A stretch of DNA of 46,122 nucleotides, from positions 1-46,122 of the IMG/VR virus record IMGVR_UViG_3300012943_000015, one strand, 5' to 3'. The DNA is from a virus (taxonomy: Duplodnaviria > Caudoviricetes). Shown piece by piece: positions 1-8,930 of the stretch; position 1 is the first letter of the stretch, and each line of letters opens with the position of its first letter. A program made the position numbers and the translations under genes. The notes beneath the pieces are model-generated. The model worked only from the letters and a program-made list of their open reading frames with translations, was not told the DNA's origin and did no database searches.

Positions 1-123
1 CTGGCACGCGGGTTGTGGTGAACCCGCAGTGGCCCCGCTATCAGGTGGCCCGCCGAATCGTCGAGGGCATCAACGCCATCAACCAGGATCTGTTCGCGGT
101 CGCCGAAACCGAACTGACCACGC
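1..123. repeat. Terminal direct repeat copy 1 (circular assembly overlap)
   Basis: 1-123 is identical to 46000-46122 and the reading frame continues across the junction. Confidence 0.95.
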
Positions 124-620
124 AGCCCATTCCTTCCAACTATGAACTGCCCGACGATCTGGAAACCATTCTGGTGGTGGAGCTGGTTGTCGACGGACCG
201 AGCGAGCGGTACCAACCGCTCAAGCAATGGTCGTTGGATTCGAAGAACCCGGACGGCAAGAAGTATCTGCGCGTCGAACCTTTGGGCTTGGCGGGGTGGG
301 CGCTTCGCGTCACCTACCGGAAGACGCCGGTCCCATTGGACCCGGCGGATCTCACGCAGGACTGGTCGCTGACCGGCCTTCCCGAGTCGGCGACGGATCT
401 GCCGCAACTGTTCGCCAAGTCAATGCTGATCTTGTCGGCTGATGCCGCTAAGGCGCAGCAGGCGGGGGTGGAGCAGGGCGAGCGGCAGCGCACCTTGCAG
501 GGCTGGTCGCCCACTGCCACCTCGCGCAGGTGGCAGGAGTTGTTCGCGTCGCGTCTGGCGGATGAGCGCCGCAAGCTGAGGGACCGGTATCCGGTCCGGC
601 CCCACAAGGAGCTGATCTGA
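1..620 (+). CDS. Tail tubular protein A / head-tail adaptor-like, 3' part (gene starts at 45714 and wraps; about 301 aa)
   Basis: In frame with the GTG at 45714 through the terminal overlap. Lies after the capsid genes and before the fibre and nozzle genes, and the size fits a podoviral adaptor. Confidence 0.6.
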   Translation, partial: GTRVVVNPQWPRYQVARRIVEGINAINQDLFAVAETELTTQPIPSNYELPDDLETILVVELVVDGPSERYQPLKQWSLDSKNPDGKKYLRVEPLGLAGWALRVTYRKTPVPLDPADLTQDWSLTGLPESATDLPQLFAKSMLILSADAAKAQQAGVEQGERQRTLQGWSPTATSRRWQELFASRLADERRKLRDRYPVRPHKELI

Positions 621-2140
621 TGGCCGGCGAGAACTACACGAACACGGCTAGCACCGCCACCACGTCGGCGCCCGTCGGCCCGGCCGACACCACAGCCACG
701 CTGGCTACGTTCACCGGCTGGCCCTCGACTCCCTTCTGGGGCGAGTTCGAAAAGGGCACCGCCAGCGCCGAACTCGTGCGCGTGACCGGCGTGGCCGGTA
801 CGAGCATCACCGCCATGACCCGCGCGCAGGGTGGCACCTCAGCCACCTCGCACGGCGCGGGCGTCACCTTCGAGCATGTAATCCCCGCGGACATGCCCAA
901 CCGGTTCGAGCAGCACTCGGCCGCGAGCACTGGCGTGCACGGCGTGTCCGGCTCGGTCGTCGGCACGACCGGCAGCCAGACCGTGCAGGACAAGACCTTC
1001 CGAGGTGCCCACACCGCGATCTTCTCGGACGCCCTGCCCGCTGGCGTGACGGCCTCCTACCTGTCAACGGCCGACAACACGTCGGCGCGCGACGGCTTCG
1101 TGCACAACAACACCGCAGGCTCCGCAGCCCGCGCCGCGTTCCTGGCGCAGCAGTCCGGCACCGACAGGTTTCGAGTCAGCAACACCGGCAACGTCACCAT
1201 CAATCCCTCCACCGGCACGGCGCTGACGGTGACCGGCAACGAGACGGTCTCCGGCACGCTCGGCGTGACCGGTGCGGTCACCGCGGGCACCGTGTCCGCT
1301 GCGGGCGTCACCTCCACTTCCGGCCTCACCGTGTCGTCTGGCACGTCGGCGCTTCAAGCGGCGACAGCCACCACGGTCAGTGCTACCTCCACGATCCACG
1401 CCAACGGCTCGATCGACACCGACGCCAACCTGGTGGTCGACGGCACCTCCACCCTGACGGGCACGGTCTCAGCGGGCGCGGGTCTGACGGTGGCGCAGGG
1501 CATCACCTCGTGGGGCGGCAGGGTTGTCGCCTCCGTCTCGTCCACCGCCGCGGTCTCCACGCCCACCGTGGGCGATGTGGTGTACGACCGCTCCGACTCC
1601 ATGTTCAAGCGCTGCTCATCCACCGGCCCCGCGGTGTGGGTGGACATGACGCCGGGCGACGGCGCCACCTCGCATCACGGCACGTACACGCTGGGCACCA
1701 CGGCCGCCACCCAGAACCTGACGGGCGGCGCGGCCTCCGTCGCTGTGGCCGTGGGTACCACGGCAATCCGCACCAACGCCGACGTCACCTTCAGCACGGC
1801 AGCGGCAGGCTCAGGTTCGGTCGCGAACGGCGCGTTCACGCTCGGCCGGTCGGGGGTCTACTCGATCACCTACGCCGTGTCGTGGGCCAGCCCCACCACC
1901 GACACCCTGCTCAACACGTACGTTGCCGCGGACGGCAACCCTGGCGGCGGCGACTGGTGGGGGCATGAGCGCCTCAACTCCGGGTCCATCTCGCTGGACC
2001 TCGGTAACAGCTCTGCGTTCGAGGACTACTTCACGGCGGGCACGAAGTATTGCCTGCACGCAGCAGCCAGCAAGACGGCGCAGATCAACAACGTGAACAG
2101 ACGGACCCGCATCTCCATCCGCTACTGCGGCGGGGCGTAA
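620..2140 (+). CDS. Tail fibre / receptor-binding protein
   Basis: 506 aa, T/G/S/A-rich beta-repeat composition, TRAQGGT..H N-terminal tail motif, coupled by TGATG overlap. Confidence 0.7.
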   Translation: MAGENYTNTASTATTSAPVGPADTTATLATFTGWPSTPFWGEFEKGTASAELVRVTGVAGTSITAMTRAQGGTSATSHGAGVTFEHVIPADMPNRFEQHSAASTGVHGVSGSVVGTTGSQTVQDKTFRGAHTAIFSDALPAGVTASYLSTADNTSARDGFVHNNTAGSAARAAFLAQQSGTDRFRVSNTGNVTINPSTGTALTVTGNETVSGTLGVTGAVTAGTVSAAGVTSTSGLTVSSGTSALQAATATTVSATSTIHANGSIDTDANLVVDGTSTLTGTVSAGAGLTVAQGITSWGGRVVASVSSTAAVSTPTVGDVVYDRSDSMFKRCSSTGPAVWVDMTPGDGATSHHGTYTLGTTAATQNLTGGAASVAVAVGTTAIRTNADVTFSTAAAGSGSVANGAFTLGRSGVYSITYAVSWASPTTDTLLNTYVAADGNPGGGDWWGHERLNSGSISLDLGNSSAFEDYFTAGTKYCLHAAASKTAQINNVNRRTRISIRYCGGA

Positions 2141-2143
2141 CCG

Positions 2144-4015
2144 ATGGCACCTAACAACCGGCCTGGTGAAACTCTCCCCGTCGTTCTGTCGGGGCAGCTA
2201 CAGGCTGCCATCGAGCGGGGCGTGGCGTGCGACTACGCCATCGCCGGTATCCCGTTCCGCATCAAGCCGGACCAGCAGGACCCGTTGCTGTGGGATGTGA
2301 GGTCCTCGGAGAAGGAGCAGTTCGACTCCAGCCAGCAGGCGGGCGAGAACAGCTTCGGCGACTGGTGGCTACGCTCCCAGAGCTCGATGCACGGCGGGCA
2401 GGGCCAGAAGTACCTGGACTCGTCCGACCCCGACATGGCGCGCATCCGCTTCCTGGAGTCCTCGGGTGCCTACCCGCACGAGCCGGGCCAGCTGACCATC
2501 GCAGGCGCACTCACGTCCACTGCTGCCGGCCGCAAGCTGGCGGAGACGGTGGTGTGGTCGAACGTCGACAAGCTGGTGGTCGCCTCCAACTCCACCAACC
2601 AGATCTACGTCAGCACGTTGCCGGGCATGACCGGCTCTACCGCGGTGACGCTCGGAGCGAGCGGTATTCCGACGGCGATGACCACCGACGGCGAGAACAT
2701 CTATGTGGCTATCGCCGACAAGATCTACCGGGTCAACTCGGCTGGCGCGGCCACGCAAACCTACAACGCCACATTCTCGGGGCCGGTGGCGATGGGGTTC
2801 GCCAAGCAACGCCTGATCCTGTGCATCGGCAACACCGTGTACGAGCTGGACCCCAACCCGCCGGGACCGCCGCTGGCGCTGCCGTCGGCGCACTACGTGA
2901 ACCCGTCGACCGGCTACATCTACACCAGCGTGAGCGAAGGCCCGAACGGCATCTACCTGTCGGGCTACTCCGGCCCCAAGTCCGACGTCAGCTCCATGAG
3001 CGTGACCGAGGTGGGCGGCACCATCGTGCTCGGCCCGCCCGTGGTGCAGCTGCGCACCCCACCGCGCGAGCTCGTGCAGGACGTCTTCTTCTATGTGGGC
3101 TCGCTGTTCGCGATGGCCACCACCAACGGGACCAGGGTCGGCAACTTCACCCCATACGGCCAGCCGCAGATGGGCACCCTCCTGATGGAGGGAACCCCCG
3201 CCCGCTCACTCACCGGTGACGGCACCCTCATCTATGTGGGCGCGCAAGACAGCGTGTGGTGGATTGACCTGGCCACCCCCACTGATCAGGTGGGCGGCTA
3301 TGCCCACTCCAAGATGCAGTCCGGCATCGGCAACAACACGTCCGACGACATGCACGCCATCGAGGTGTACCAGGGCTTGGTGTTCGGGTGCACCGATGAC
3401 GGCCGGCTCATCTCGCAGCCGTCGTACGCGCCGGGCACGGCCACGTTGACCACCTCGTGGTCCAGGTTCGGCACGACCGAACCGAAGCGCCTGCACTACG
3501 TGAGCATCGAGGGCGACCTGCCCGCGGTGGCCGGGATCGACAACGTGTTGTCGGTGACGGTGGAGAACGCCGAGGGCGAGACCGTCGAGTTCGGTATCGC
3601 TGGTGGCGGGTCGAACTGGGAGTTCTCCTGCCAGGGTCTGGCAGCATCGCAGGCGTTCCGCCTGCACTTCACCCTCAGGGACAACAGCACGGGCCACGGG
3701 GTGCTGTTGCGCTCGTGGCAGATGAAAGCCCTGCCCTGCCCGGCCAGGTTCCCTGAGGCCACCTTGCCGCTGATGTGCAACGACGAGGAGATCGGCAACA
3801 AGCAGGAGCCGATCGGCTATGTGGGCTTCGCGAAGGACCGCCTGCTGGCGCTGCTCGAGTACGCGCGCCGCTCCGATCAGGTGACGGTGCAGGACAAAAC
3901 GTTCGGCATCAACTATCAGGCCGTGATCTCGAGGGTGCAGTTCAGGCAGGACGTCGGCCCCGGCGACGAGGGCAAGACGGGCGGGGTTCTCAACGTCGTA
4001 CTCAAACAAGTTTAG
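2144..4015 (+). CDS. Tail tubular protein B / nozzle-like (beta-propeller-type)
   Basis: 623 aa, beta-rich with repeated propeller-like blades (TTDGENIYVAIADKIYRV; GDGTLIYVG), located in the tail module. Confidence 0.6.
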   Translation: MAPNNRPGETLPVVLSGQLQAAIERGVACDYAIAGIPFRIKPDQQDPLLWDVRSSEKEQFDSSQQAGENSFGDWWLRSQSSMHGGQGQKYLDSSDPDMARIRFLESSGAYPHEPGQLTIAGALTSTAAGRKLAETVVWSNVDKLVVASNSTNQIYVSTLPGMTGSTAVTLGASGIPTAMTTDGENIYVAIADKIYRVNSAGAATQTYNATFSGPVAMGFAKQRLILCIGNTVYELDPNPPGPPLALPSAHYVNPSTGYIYTSVSEGPNGIYLSGYSGPKSDVSSMSVTEVGGTIVLGPPVVQLRTPPRELVQDVFFYVGSLFAMATTNGTRVGNFTPYGQPQMGTLLMEGTPARSLTGDGTLIYVGAQDSVWWIDLATPTDQVGGYAHSKMQSGIGNNTSDDMHAIEVYQGLVFGCTDDGRLISQPSYAPGTATLTTSWSRFGTTEPKRLHYVSIEGDLPAVAGIDNVLSVTVENAEGETVEFGIAGGGSNWEFSCQGLAASQAFRLHFTLRDNSTGHGVLLRSWQMKALPCPARFPEATLPLMCNDEEIGNKQEPIGYVGFAKDRLLALLEYARRSDQVTVQDKTFGINYQAVISRVQFRQDVGPGDEGKTGGVLNVVLKQV

Positions 4016-4026
4016 GCGGGGGCTAG

Positions 4027-4446
4027 ATGCTGAGGATCGCGAACGCGGAACGCCGACATCCCATGCAGGTGTTCGTCGGCGGGCTGCTCACCCTGTCCGG
4101 CCTGCCCACCCTGCTGGGCGGGCCACACCCCAACTCGCTACAGCAGTCCCTGCCCGTGTGGCTGGTGTACGGCGTGGCCGCCGTGTTCACCGCGGGCGGC
4201 GCGCTGGTGGTGGGCGCGGCCATCGTGCGCAATGCGGAGACCGCGCTGTACCTGGAGTTCGCGGCAGCCGCACCGCTGGCGCTGGCGCTGGTCAGCTACG
4301 CCAGCGCGGCACTGTCTCTCTCGGGTTTGCGCGCCGCGGTACCGACGGCGCTGCTGCTCGGATTAGCCGCCGCTTTCGCCACGCGTGGCTTCACCGTCTA
4401 CCGAACGATCAAGGACCTCCGGAAAGCCCTGGGGAGACAAGAGTGA
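4027..4446 (+). CDS. Multi-pass membrane protein (holin-like)
   Basis: About four hydrophobic helices and a basic C-terminus, at the end of the tail module. Confidence 0.55.
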   Translation: MLRIANAERRHPMQVFVGGLLTLSGLPTLLGGPHPNSLQQSLPVWLVYGVAAVFTAGGALVVGAAIVRNAETALYLEFAAAAPLALALVSYASAALSLSGLRAAVPTALLLGLAAAFATRGFTVYRTIKDLRKALGRQE

Positions 4447-4778
4447 ACTGGTCAGCCGTTGTGCCCGCGGTCCTCGCGGTGTGCTCACTCGTCGGCACCG
4501 CCGCTATGGCACTGCTGAACCGCCGCAAAATAAGAGCCGAGGCGGGCAAGACCGGCGCCGATGCCGCCGCAGTACTGACGGGGTCCGCACTGGAACTGTT
4601 GCAGCGGGTGCAGGACGAGGCCATTGGCCTGCGTGCGGAGCTCAAAGAGGCCCGTGTCGAGATCGATGCGATGCGCGAGCACATGGACACCATCCAAGGC
4701 TTGCTCCGCCAGGCCGCACCGCAGGTCCCCATCCCCGCCTACCGTCCCCCGCGCCTCGCGGTGGCCAAGGAGAAGTAA
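4443..4778 (+). CDS. Single-TM plus coiled-coil membrane protein (lysis accessory / holin-like)
   Basis: GTGA overlap start. MNWSAVVPAVLAVCSLVG TM segment followed by a coiled coil, typical of actinophage lysis cassettes. Confidence 0.6.
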   Translation: MNWSAVVPAVLAVCSLVGTAAMALLNRRKIRAEAGKTGADAAAVLTGSALELLQRVQDEAIGLRAELKEARVEIDAMREHMDTIQGLLRQAAPQVPIPAYRPPRLAVAKEK

Positions 4779-5239
4779 TGCCCTTCATCGAAGCACCGCT
4801 AGACGTCCGCAAGGTAGGCGACAGAACCTGGAAGCTACTCGCGCCGGTCATCTACCGCGGCAACTTCGGCGACTGGACTGTGCCCGCCGGCTACATCACC
4901 GACTTCGCGTCGGTGCCCCGGCTGCTGTGGATTCTGTTCCCGCAGTCCGGCAGGTGGGATCAGGCGGCCGTGGTGCACGACTGGCTGATCACCGACGCGC
5001 TGCCCGCGGGCCGGATCATCTCGGCCAGGGTGGATGCCGAGTTCCGTGGGGCCTTGAAGGTGCTGAACGTGGGCCTCATCAAGCGCTGGCTGATGTGGGC
5101 CGGCGTCCGCTGGGCGGCGCCGTTCACCAAGGCTCGCCGTAGCTGGGGCTGGTTCAAGACGCTGCCGGGCCTGCTGGCGGTGTCGGCTACTGCGCTAGTG
5201 CCCGTCGTTGTCCCGCTGGTTCTGCTGCTCCAGCGCTGA
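4778..5239 (+). CDS. DUF1353 family protein
   Basis: VPAGYITDFASVPR...AAVVHDWL...AGVR motif; TAATG coupling. Confidence 0.85.
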   Translation: MPFIEAPLDVRKVGDRTWKLLAPVIYRGNFGDWTVPAGYITDFASVPRLLWILFPQSGRWDQAAVVHDWLITDALPAGRIISARVDAEFRGALKVLNVGLIKRWLMWAGVRWAAPFTKARRSWGWFKTLPGLLAVSATALVPVVVPLVLLLQR

Positions 5240-5419
5240 CTCAAGAGCCTTCGCTAAGTCCAACGGCACCCGGTCTGAACGGCCGGGTGCCTTGCAGCTG
5301 TAGCGGCCACCATCGGGTGGCCTGAACTCCCAGTCCCCGGACTTACGTGCGGGACTGACGTCCCATCCAAGCTTCTTCGCTATCTTGATCGCTTCGCGTG
5401 GCGAGAACACTCGGACCAT
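5195..5419 (-). CDS. HicA-like (dsRBD-fold) small protein
   Basis: SPREAIKIAKKLGW..RKSGDWEFRPPDG pattern resembles HicA, but the canonical GSH histidine is absent. Confidence 0.45.
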   Translation of the reverse strand: MVRVFSPREAIKIAKKLGWDVSPARKSGDWEFRPPDGGRYSCKAPGRSDRVPLDLAKALESALEQQNQRDNDGH

Positions 5420-5438
5420 GATCACTGACGCTAGCAGA

Positions 5439-5639
5439 TCAAGCGCTCTTCGCCTCGGCTTTGCGGAGATCTTCGCGAACACATGCCGCGATGTACGGCG
5501 CGGCAGCCTCGCCCCAGTTCTTCGCCATGCGGTCCATGTACTCCGGCACTCCGCCGCACAGATCGTTTGCAGGGATGAAATAAGCGCGGGCAAAGTCCCG
5601 CAGTCCGCGCTGAATGCCGGACTCAATCGGGTCGCTCAT
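5439..5639 (-). CDS. Hypothetical protein
   Basis: 66 aa with a GGAG RBS, in the leftward operon downstream of the recombinase. Confidence 0.6.
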   Translation of the reverse strand: MSDPIESGIQRGLRDFARAYFIPANDLCGGVPEYMDRMAKNWGEAAAPYIAACVREDLRKAEAKSA

Positions 5640-5641
5640 CG

Positions 5642-5887
5642 CTAACTCCTCACCGGCAGGTGGTCCAGCTTGTCGATGCCTTGCGCCGTACCCTCCGGCA
5701 ACACCAGGTCCACGTACTGCTCGTACAGCTCGAACAGCGGCTTGACGTGCTCCTCGCAGAGCACCAGCTGCCAGGTGGTGGCACCGTGCACGATGCGGCG
5801 CAGGCCACCCTGCCTGTCGCCTAGCGCCAGGTTGGGTTTGACTTCTTCTCCGCAGATGGAGCAGATGGGCTTCTCAACGATCGGCAT
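5642..5887 (-). CDS. Small Zn-ribbon protein
   Basis: CSIC...LCEEH motif; TGATG coupling. Confidence 0.6.
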   Translation of the reverse strand: MPIVEKPICSICGEEVKPNLALGDRQGGLRRIVHGATTWQLVLCEEHVKPLFELYEQYVDLVLPEGTAQGIDKLDHLPVRS

Positions 5888-6171
5888 CAGGCGCCCTCGA
5901 TCTCATCGGCTAGTGCGGTCAGGTCGCGAAGGTCCCACAGCGACCGATCGGGAGAATCGCCCGCCGCGAGCACGCGAAGCGTGGCAACAACTGCCGCTCG
6001 TACCCTGGCGTCGGCGATCCTGCCGCCGCTGAAGGGGCGACCCTTGCTGTCAAGTGTGGCGGCTACGCCCGCCTCCATCTCCGCGCCCCTAGCGGTGGCT
6101 ACGAGATGATCGGCCCAGGTGGGCGTGGGCCAGCGGCCCATATGCTCGAGATCGAACGTTTCTCTACGCAT
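5887..6171 (-). CDS. Hypothetical protein
   Basis: 94 aa, overlapping the recombinase stop. Confidence 0.55.
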   Translation of the reverse strand: MRRETFDLEHMGRWPTPTWADHLVATARGAEMEAGVAATLDSKGRPFSGGRIADARVRAAVVATLRVLAAGDSPDRSLWDLRDLTALADEIEGA

Positions 6172-7216
6172 CGCCCACGCTCCTCAGCTGAACCACATTC
6201 CCCGCTTCTGGCACCCACAGCAAGTCGCTACCGCCCAGCAGCTCATTCCGCTTCTGCCTGTCAGGCTGCACCCCGATGTAGATCATCGTGGTCTGCGGCG
6301 AGGAGTGCCCCAACATCACCTGCACCCTGTTCAAGGCCGTAGGCTCCGGCACCCCATCGGCTACCAGCCGATCATAGAGCGCCCGCGCCATCGAGCGGCG
6401 CATGATGTGCACGCCCTGGCCTACGAGGTCTTCCACGGGTACGCCAGCCACCCGTGCGGCGTGCTTCTGCACAATGTTCGCCAGCTCGTAGGGCGGACGC
6501 TCCGGCCGGTACACCCAGAACCGCTGGTCCGGTTCCATGCCCATCTTGGGCGGGGTGCTCACCCTGGCGGGTACCAGGAACCAGCCCTTGTTACGGTCCA
6601 GTGGACCGCACTTCTCCTGGTAGACCATGGCCCACCGTTCCCACTCATCCCGCAGCTTGCGGGTGATGGGCAACATGTCCTCACTCTTGACCTTCCGGCG
6701 GTACCAGTACAGCTCGTTACGGTCCAGATGCAGGTGCGCGATGCGCGCGTTACGCAGCTCGCCGTCCCGGCCCATGGTCTGACTGGCGAACGCGAGGACC
6801 CACCGTTCCCACGGGTCGGTGGCAGCATCAATCATCTGTGCGACCTGCGCCATGGTGAGGCGCAGATACTCCTTCGGCTCGTCCTTCGGCATGTACGTGC
6901 AGGCGTCCCGCAGGAACCCATCGACCGCACCGCGGCGGCCGAGGTATTCGAAGAACCCGCGGACCTGGCTGATCGCCTTGTTGTAGGCGGACGCCTGAAG
7001 CGTCTTGCCTCTGCCTCCGACTCCGCCGCGGCGGAAGTCGTGCAGCCAGTCCCGCAGCCAGTCCTCATCCATCTTCGATGGCGGCCGGCGGGTCTCGTCC
7101 CACGACCGGGCGAGCCGGTCAAGGGTGGACTTGATGCGTTCAAACGTGCCTTGAGTCAGCTCGTCCCGCCGGTTCTTGAGGTACCGGTCCACCAGCTCTT
7201 GCATCCTCATGGCCAC
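6164..7216 (-). CDS. int: Tyrosine recombinase / integrase
   Basis: Catalytic set R (MGRDGE), HxxR (HIMRR), LGH and Y (TTMIY); N-terminal core-binding helices. Confidence 0.9.
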   Translation of the reverse strand: MAMRMQELVDRYLKNRRDELTQGTFERIKSTLDRLARSWDETRRPPSKMDEDWLRDWLHDFRRGGVGGRGKTLQASAYNKAISQVRGFFEYLGRRGAVDGFLRDACTYMPKDEPKEYLRLTMAQVAQMIDAATDPWERWVLAFASQTMGRDGELRNARIAHLHLDRNELYWYRRKVKSEDMLPITRKLRDEWERWAMVYQEKCGPLDRNKGWFLVPARVSTPPKMGMEPDQRFWVYRPERPPYELANIVQKHAARVAGVPVEDLVGQGVHIMRRSMARALYDRLVADGVPEPTALNRVQVMLGHSSPQTTMIYIGVQPDRQKRNELLGGSDLLWVPEAGNVVQLRSVGDA

Positions 7217-7309
7217 ACCTTACTTGACAAGGATCAAGTTTGACAAGACATGCTTGATCCGGTCTTCCTCATGGACACCGCTCGGCCGAGCGACTAGCCG
7301 CGAGTGTGC

Positions 7310-7322
7310 ATCAAGTATGGCC
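7310..7322. promoter_or_regulatory. Repeated operator-like motif ATCAAGYATGACC (int/repressor intergenic; second copy at 7247-7258)
   Basis: ATCAAGTATGGCC here; a minus-strand TTGACA lies at 7335-7340. Confidence 0.6.
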
Positions 7323-7380
7323 CGTTCGCAAGGTTGTCAAGCATTGCGTCAAGACGGTCAAGCTTGATAGCCTCCCCCAC

Positions 7381-7812
7381 ATGAGCGATGAGCGTCGGGG
7401 AGGCGCGCCACTCAAGGTCTCGGATGACGAGATCCGCGCCCTGCTGGACAAGGGCTTGAACGGCGCGCAGATGGCCCGGCACTTCACCGAACGCGGCAGG
7501 CGCATGACACCACAAGCCATCAGCTTGAGGCTGAAGAAGATTCGCGAACAAGGCGAGGAGCGTGCAGGGCTCATCCTGCCGTGGGCGGTCAAGTCGCCCG
7601 AGCACACCCAGAACTGGGTGTACAAAGCAGTCGTCGCCTGGGCGAAACACAACCAGGGCAGGGGCGTGTCGCCCCGCGAGCTCGACATGTCCAGGGATCT
7701 GGAGCGGTATCTGCATAAGCGCAAGTCCGTGGTCGGCTACGACCACAAGACTGGTTTCTTTCTGCGGGATCGCCGGCCGTCCGATGGTGACGGCATGCTC
7801 GTCAAGGACTAG
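7381..7812 (+). CDS. HTH immunity repressor (mycobacteriophage cluster A / Streptomyces phage Rep-like)
   Basis: N-terminal HTH (GLNGAQMARHF..TPQAISLRL), LPW.V..EH motif and C-terminal V.YD..GF..RDR..SD.D motif; divergent from int. Confidence 0.7.
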   Translation: MSDERRGGAPLKVSDDEIRALLDKGLNGAQMARHFTERGRRMTPQAISLRLKKIREQGEERAGLILPWAVKSPEHTQNWVYKAVVAWAKHNQGRGVSPRELDMSRDLERYLHKRKSVVGYDHKTGFFLRDRRPSDGDGMLVKD

Positions 7813-8111
7813 GCCGCCGCGGAGCGCCATCGGCAGATGGTGCGCTCGGGCAGCCCCAGTCGCTGCGCCAGCTGTAGCTGCGTCAAGTGCGCACCCAACC
7901 GCATGAGCTCCATCTGCTCGAGCGGGTACGGCCGGCGCAGCCCTTCGGCTACACCATGCCAGTAGCGCCACACCAGAGCCCAGTCATACAGTTCGAGCCA
8001 CTCGCGTGGGATGCCTCTTCCTGCCGTGACATCTCGATTCTCCCGGACTTTTTCGCGTTCCGAGGGTGGGAGTACCATCCGCGGTTCTGAGGCGCTTAGA
8101 GGCGCTCTCAC
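7809..8111 (-). CDS. HTH DNA-binding protein
   Basis: C-terminal HTH LTQLQLAQRLGLPERTICRWR; GTGA coupling to the upstream gene. Confidence 0.7.
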   Translation of the reverse strand: MRAPLSASEPRMVLPPSEREKVRENRDVTAGRGIPREWLELYDWALVWRYWHGVAEGLRRPYPLEQMELMRLGAHLTQLQLAQRLGLPERTICRWRSAAA

Positions 8112-8824
8112 GCCGCCTCCTGGCGGGCGCGCAGCTTCGGCCCCATCGACACCGCGTAATACCGCCACCGCTCAAACACCTGAGGCGTGACACCCAGCAG
8201 GCGGGCCATGTCCGCGTACGGCATGTCGGACTGCTCAGCCCGCTTCATCAAAGCCAGCACCTCGAGCAGGGCGGGCTTGCGCGCCTTGTCGTGCCGGCCC
8301 TCGAACATCTGCTGCACGGCAACCCAGTCGAACCAGTCGCCCGCGGCGAAGTCCAAGCCGATGTCGTGGCTGCCGCAGTAGTCGGCACGCCACACAGGCA
8401 CCGCGCAACGCGGATGCCCGCACTCGCTGATCTCGTGGGCGAGCAGGCTGTAATGCCGGCCGCACAGGCGGGCCTTGAACCGGGATGTGGTGCAGTCCTC
8501 GTGCACGCACAGGTCGGTGGTGGGCGACAGCCGGCGGGCAGGCTTGGCGCCGTGCCGGCGGCAGGTGTCCATGCCCTCGGCACGCGGGTTGCCGCACTTG
8601 TAGGCGGGGCATTTCTGCCGGGCCATCTGGTCGTACTCGGAGGTGCCGCCCTGCCCGTGCTTGCGGCACTGGCTGCCTTCGGCGGTAGTGCGTGCCTGCC
8701 GCCTGCATCCTTCGGTGGCGCACAGTCCGGGGCGGGGGACGAGCCCGGCCTGGCGGGCGTGCACGTGGCACAAGCCGCCCTTGTAGCGCGGCTTCGCGCA
8801 GTCATCGAGGGTGCATAGTTGCAT
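8108..8824 (-). CDS. Protein with five C-x4-C-x9-12-C-x2-H zinc fingers and a C-terminal HTH
   Basis: Five tandem C3H repeats followed by YADMARLLGVTPQVFERWR. Confidence 0.75.
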   Translation of the reverse strand: MQLCTLDDCAKPRYKGGLCHVHARQAGLVPRPGLCATEGCRRQARTTAEGSQCRKHGQGGTSEYDQMARQKCPAYKCGNPRAEGMDTCRRHGAKPARRLSPTTDLCVHEDCTTSRFKARLCGRHYSLLAHEISECGHPRCAVPVWRADYCGSHDIGLDFAAGDWFDWVAVQQMFEGRHDKARKPALLEVLALMKRAEQSDMPYADMARLLGVTPQVFERWRYYAVSMGPKLRARQEAA

Positions 8825-8826
8825 GA

Positions 8827-8858
8827 ATCAAGTATGACCAGGATTCAAGCAAGGTCAA
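8827..8858 (-). promoter_or_regulatory. Putative leaderless promoter overlapping the repeated motif
   Basis: Minus strand reads TTGACC-N16-CATACT-N6-ATG(8824); contains ATCAAGTATGACC (8827-8839). Confidence 0.5.
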
Positions 8859-8930
8859 GACACGCGGCGTAGCCGTCGTGTCGTGACGACAGATCGGCTT
8901 CGCCGACTGTCGGTTCCAAGACAGACAAGA

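Noticed and set aside
1-123. 123-bp terminal repeat as a biological direct terminal repeat
   Set aside because: It falls in the middle of a CDS, which is typical of an assembly overlap on a circular contig
620-2140. Diversity-generating retroelement or invertible tail-fibre system
   Set aside because: No reverse transcriptase, template/variable repeat pair or inverted cassette seen
6119-7243. Long antisense ORFs (also 28978-30264, 35690-37084, 32258-33337)
   Set aside because: Shadow ORFs caused by high GC3 on the opposite coding strand
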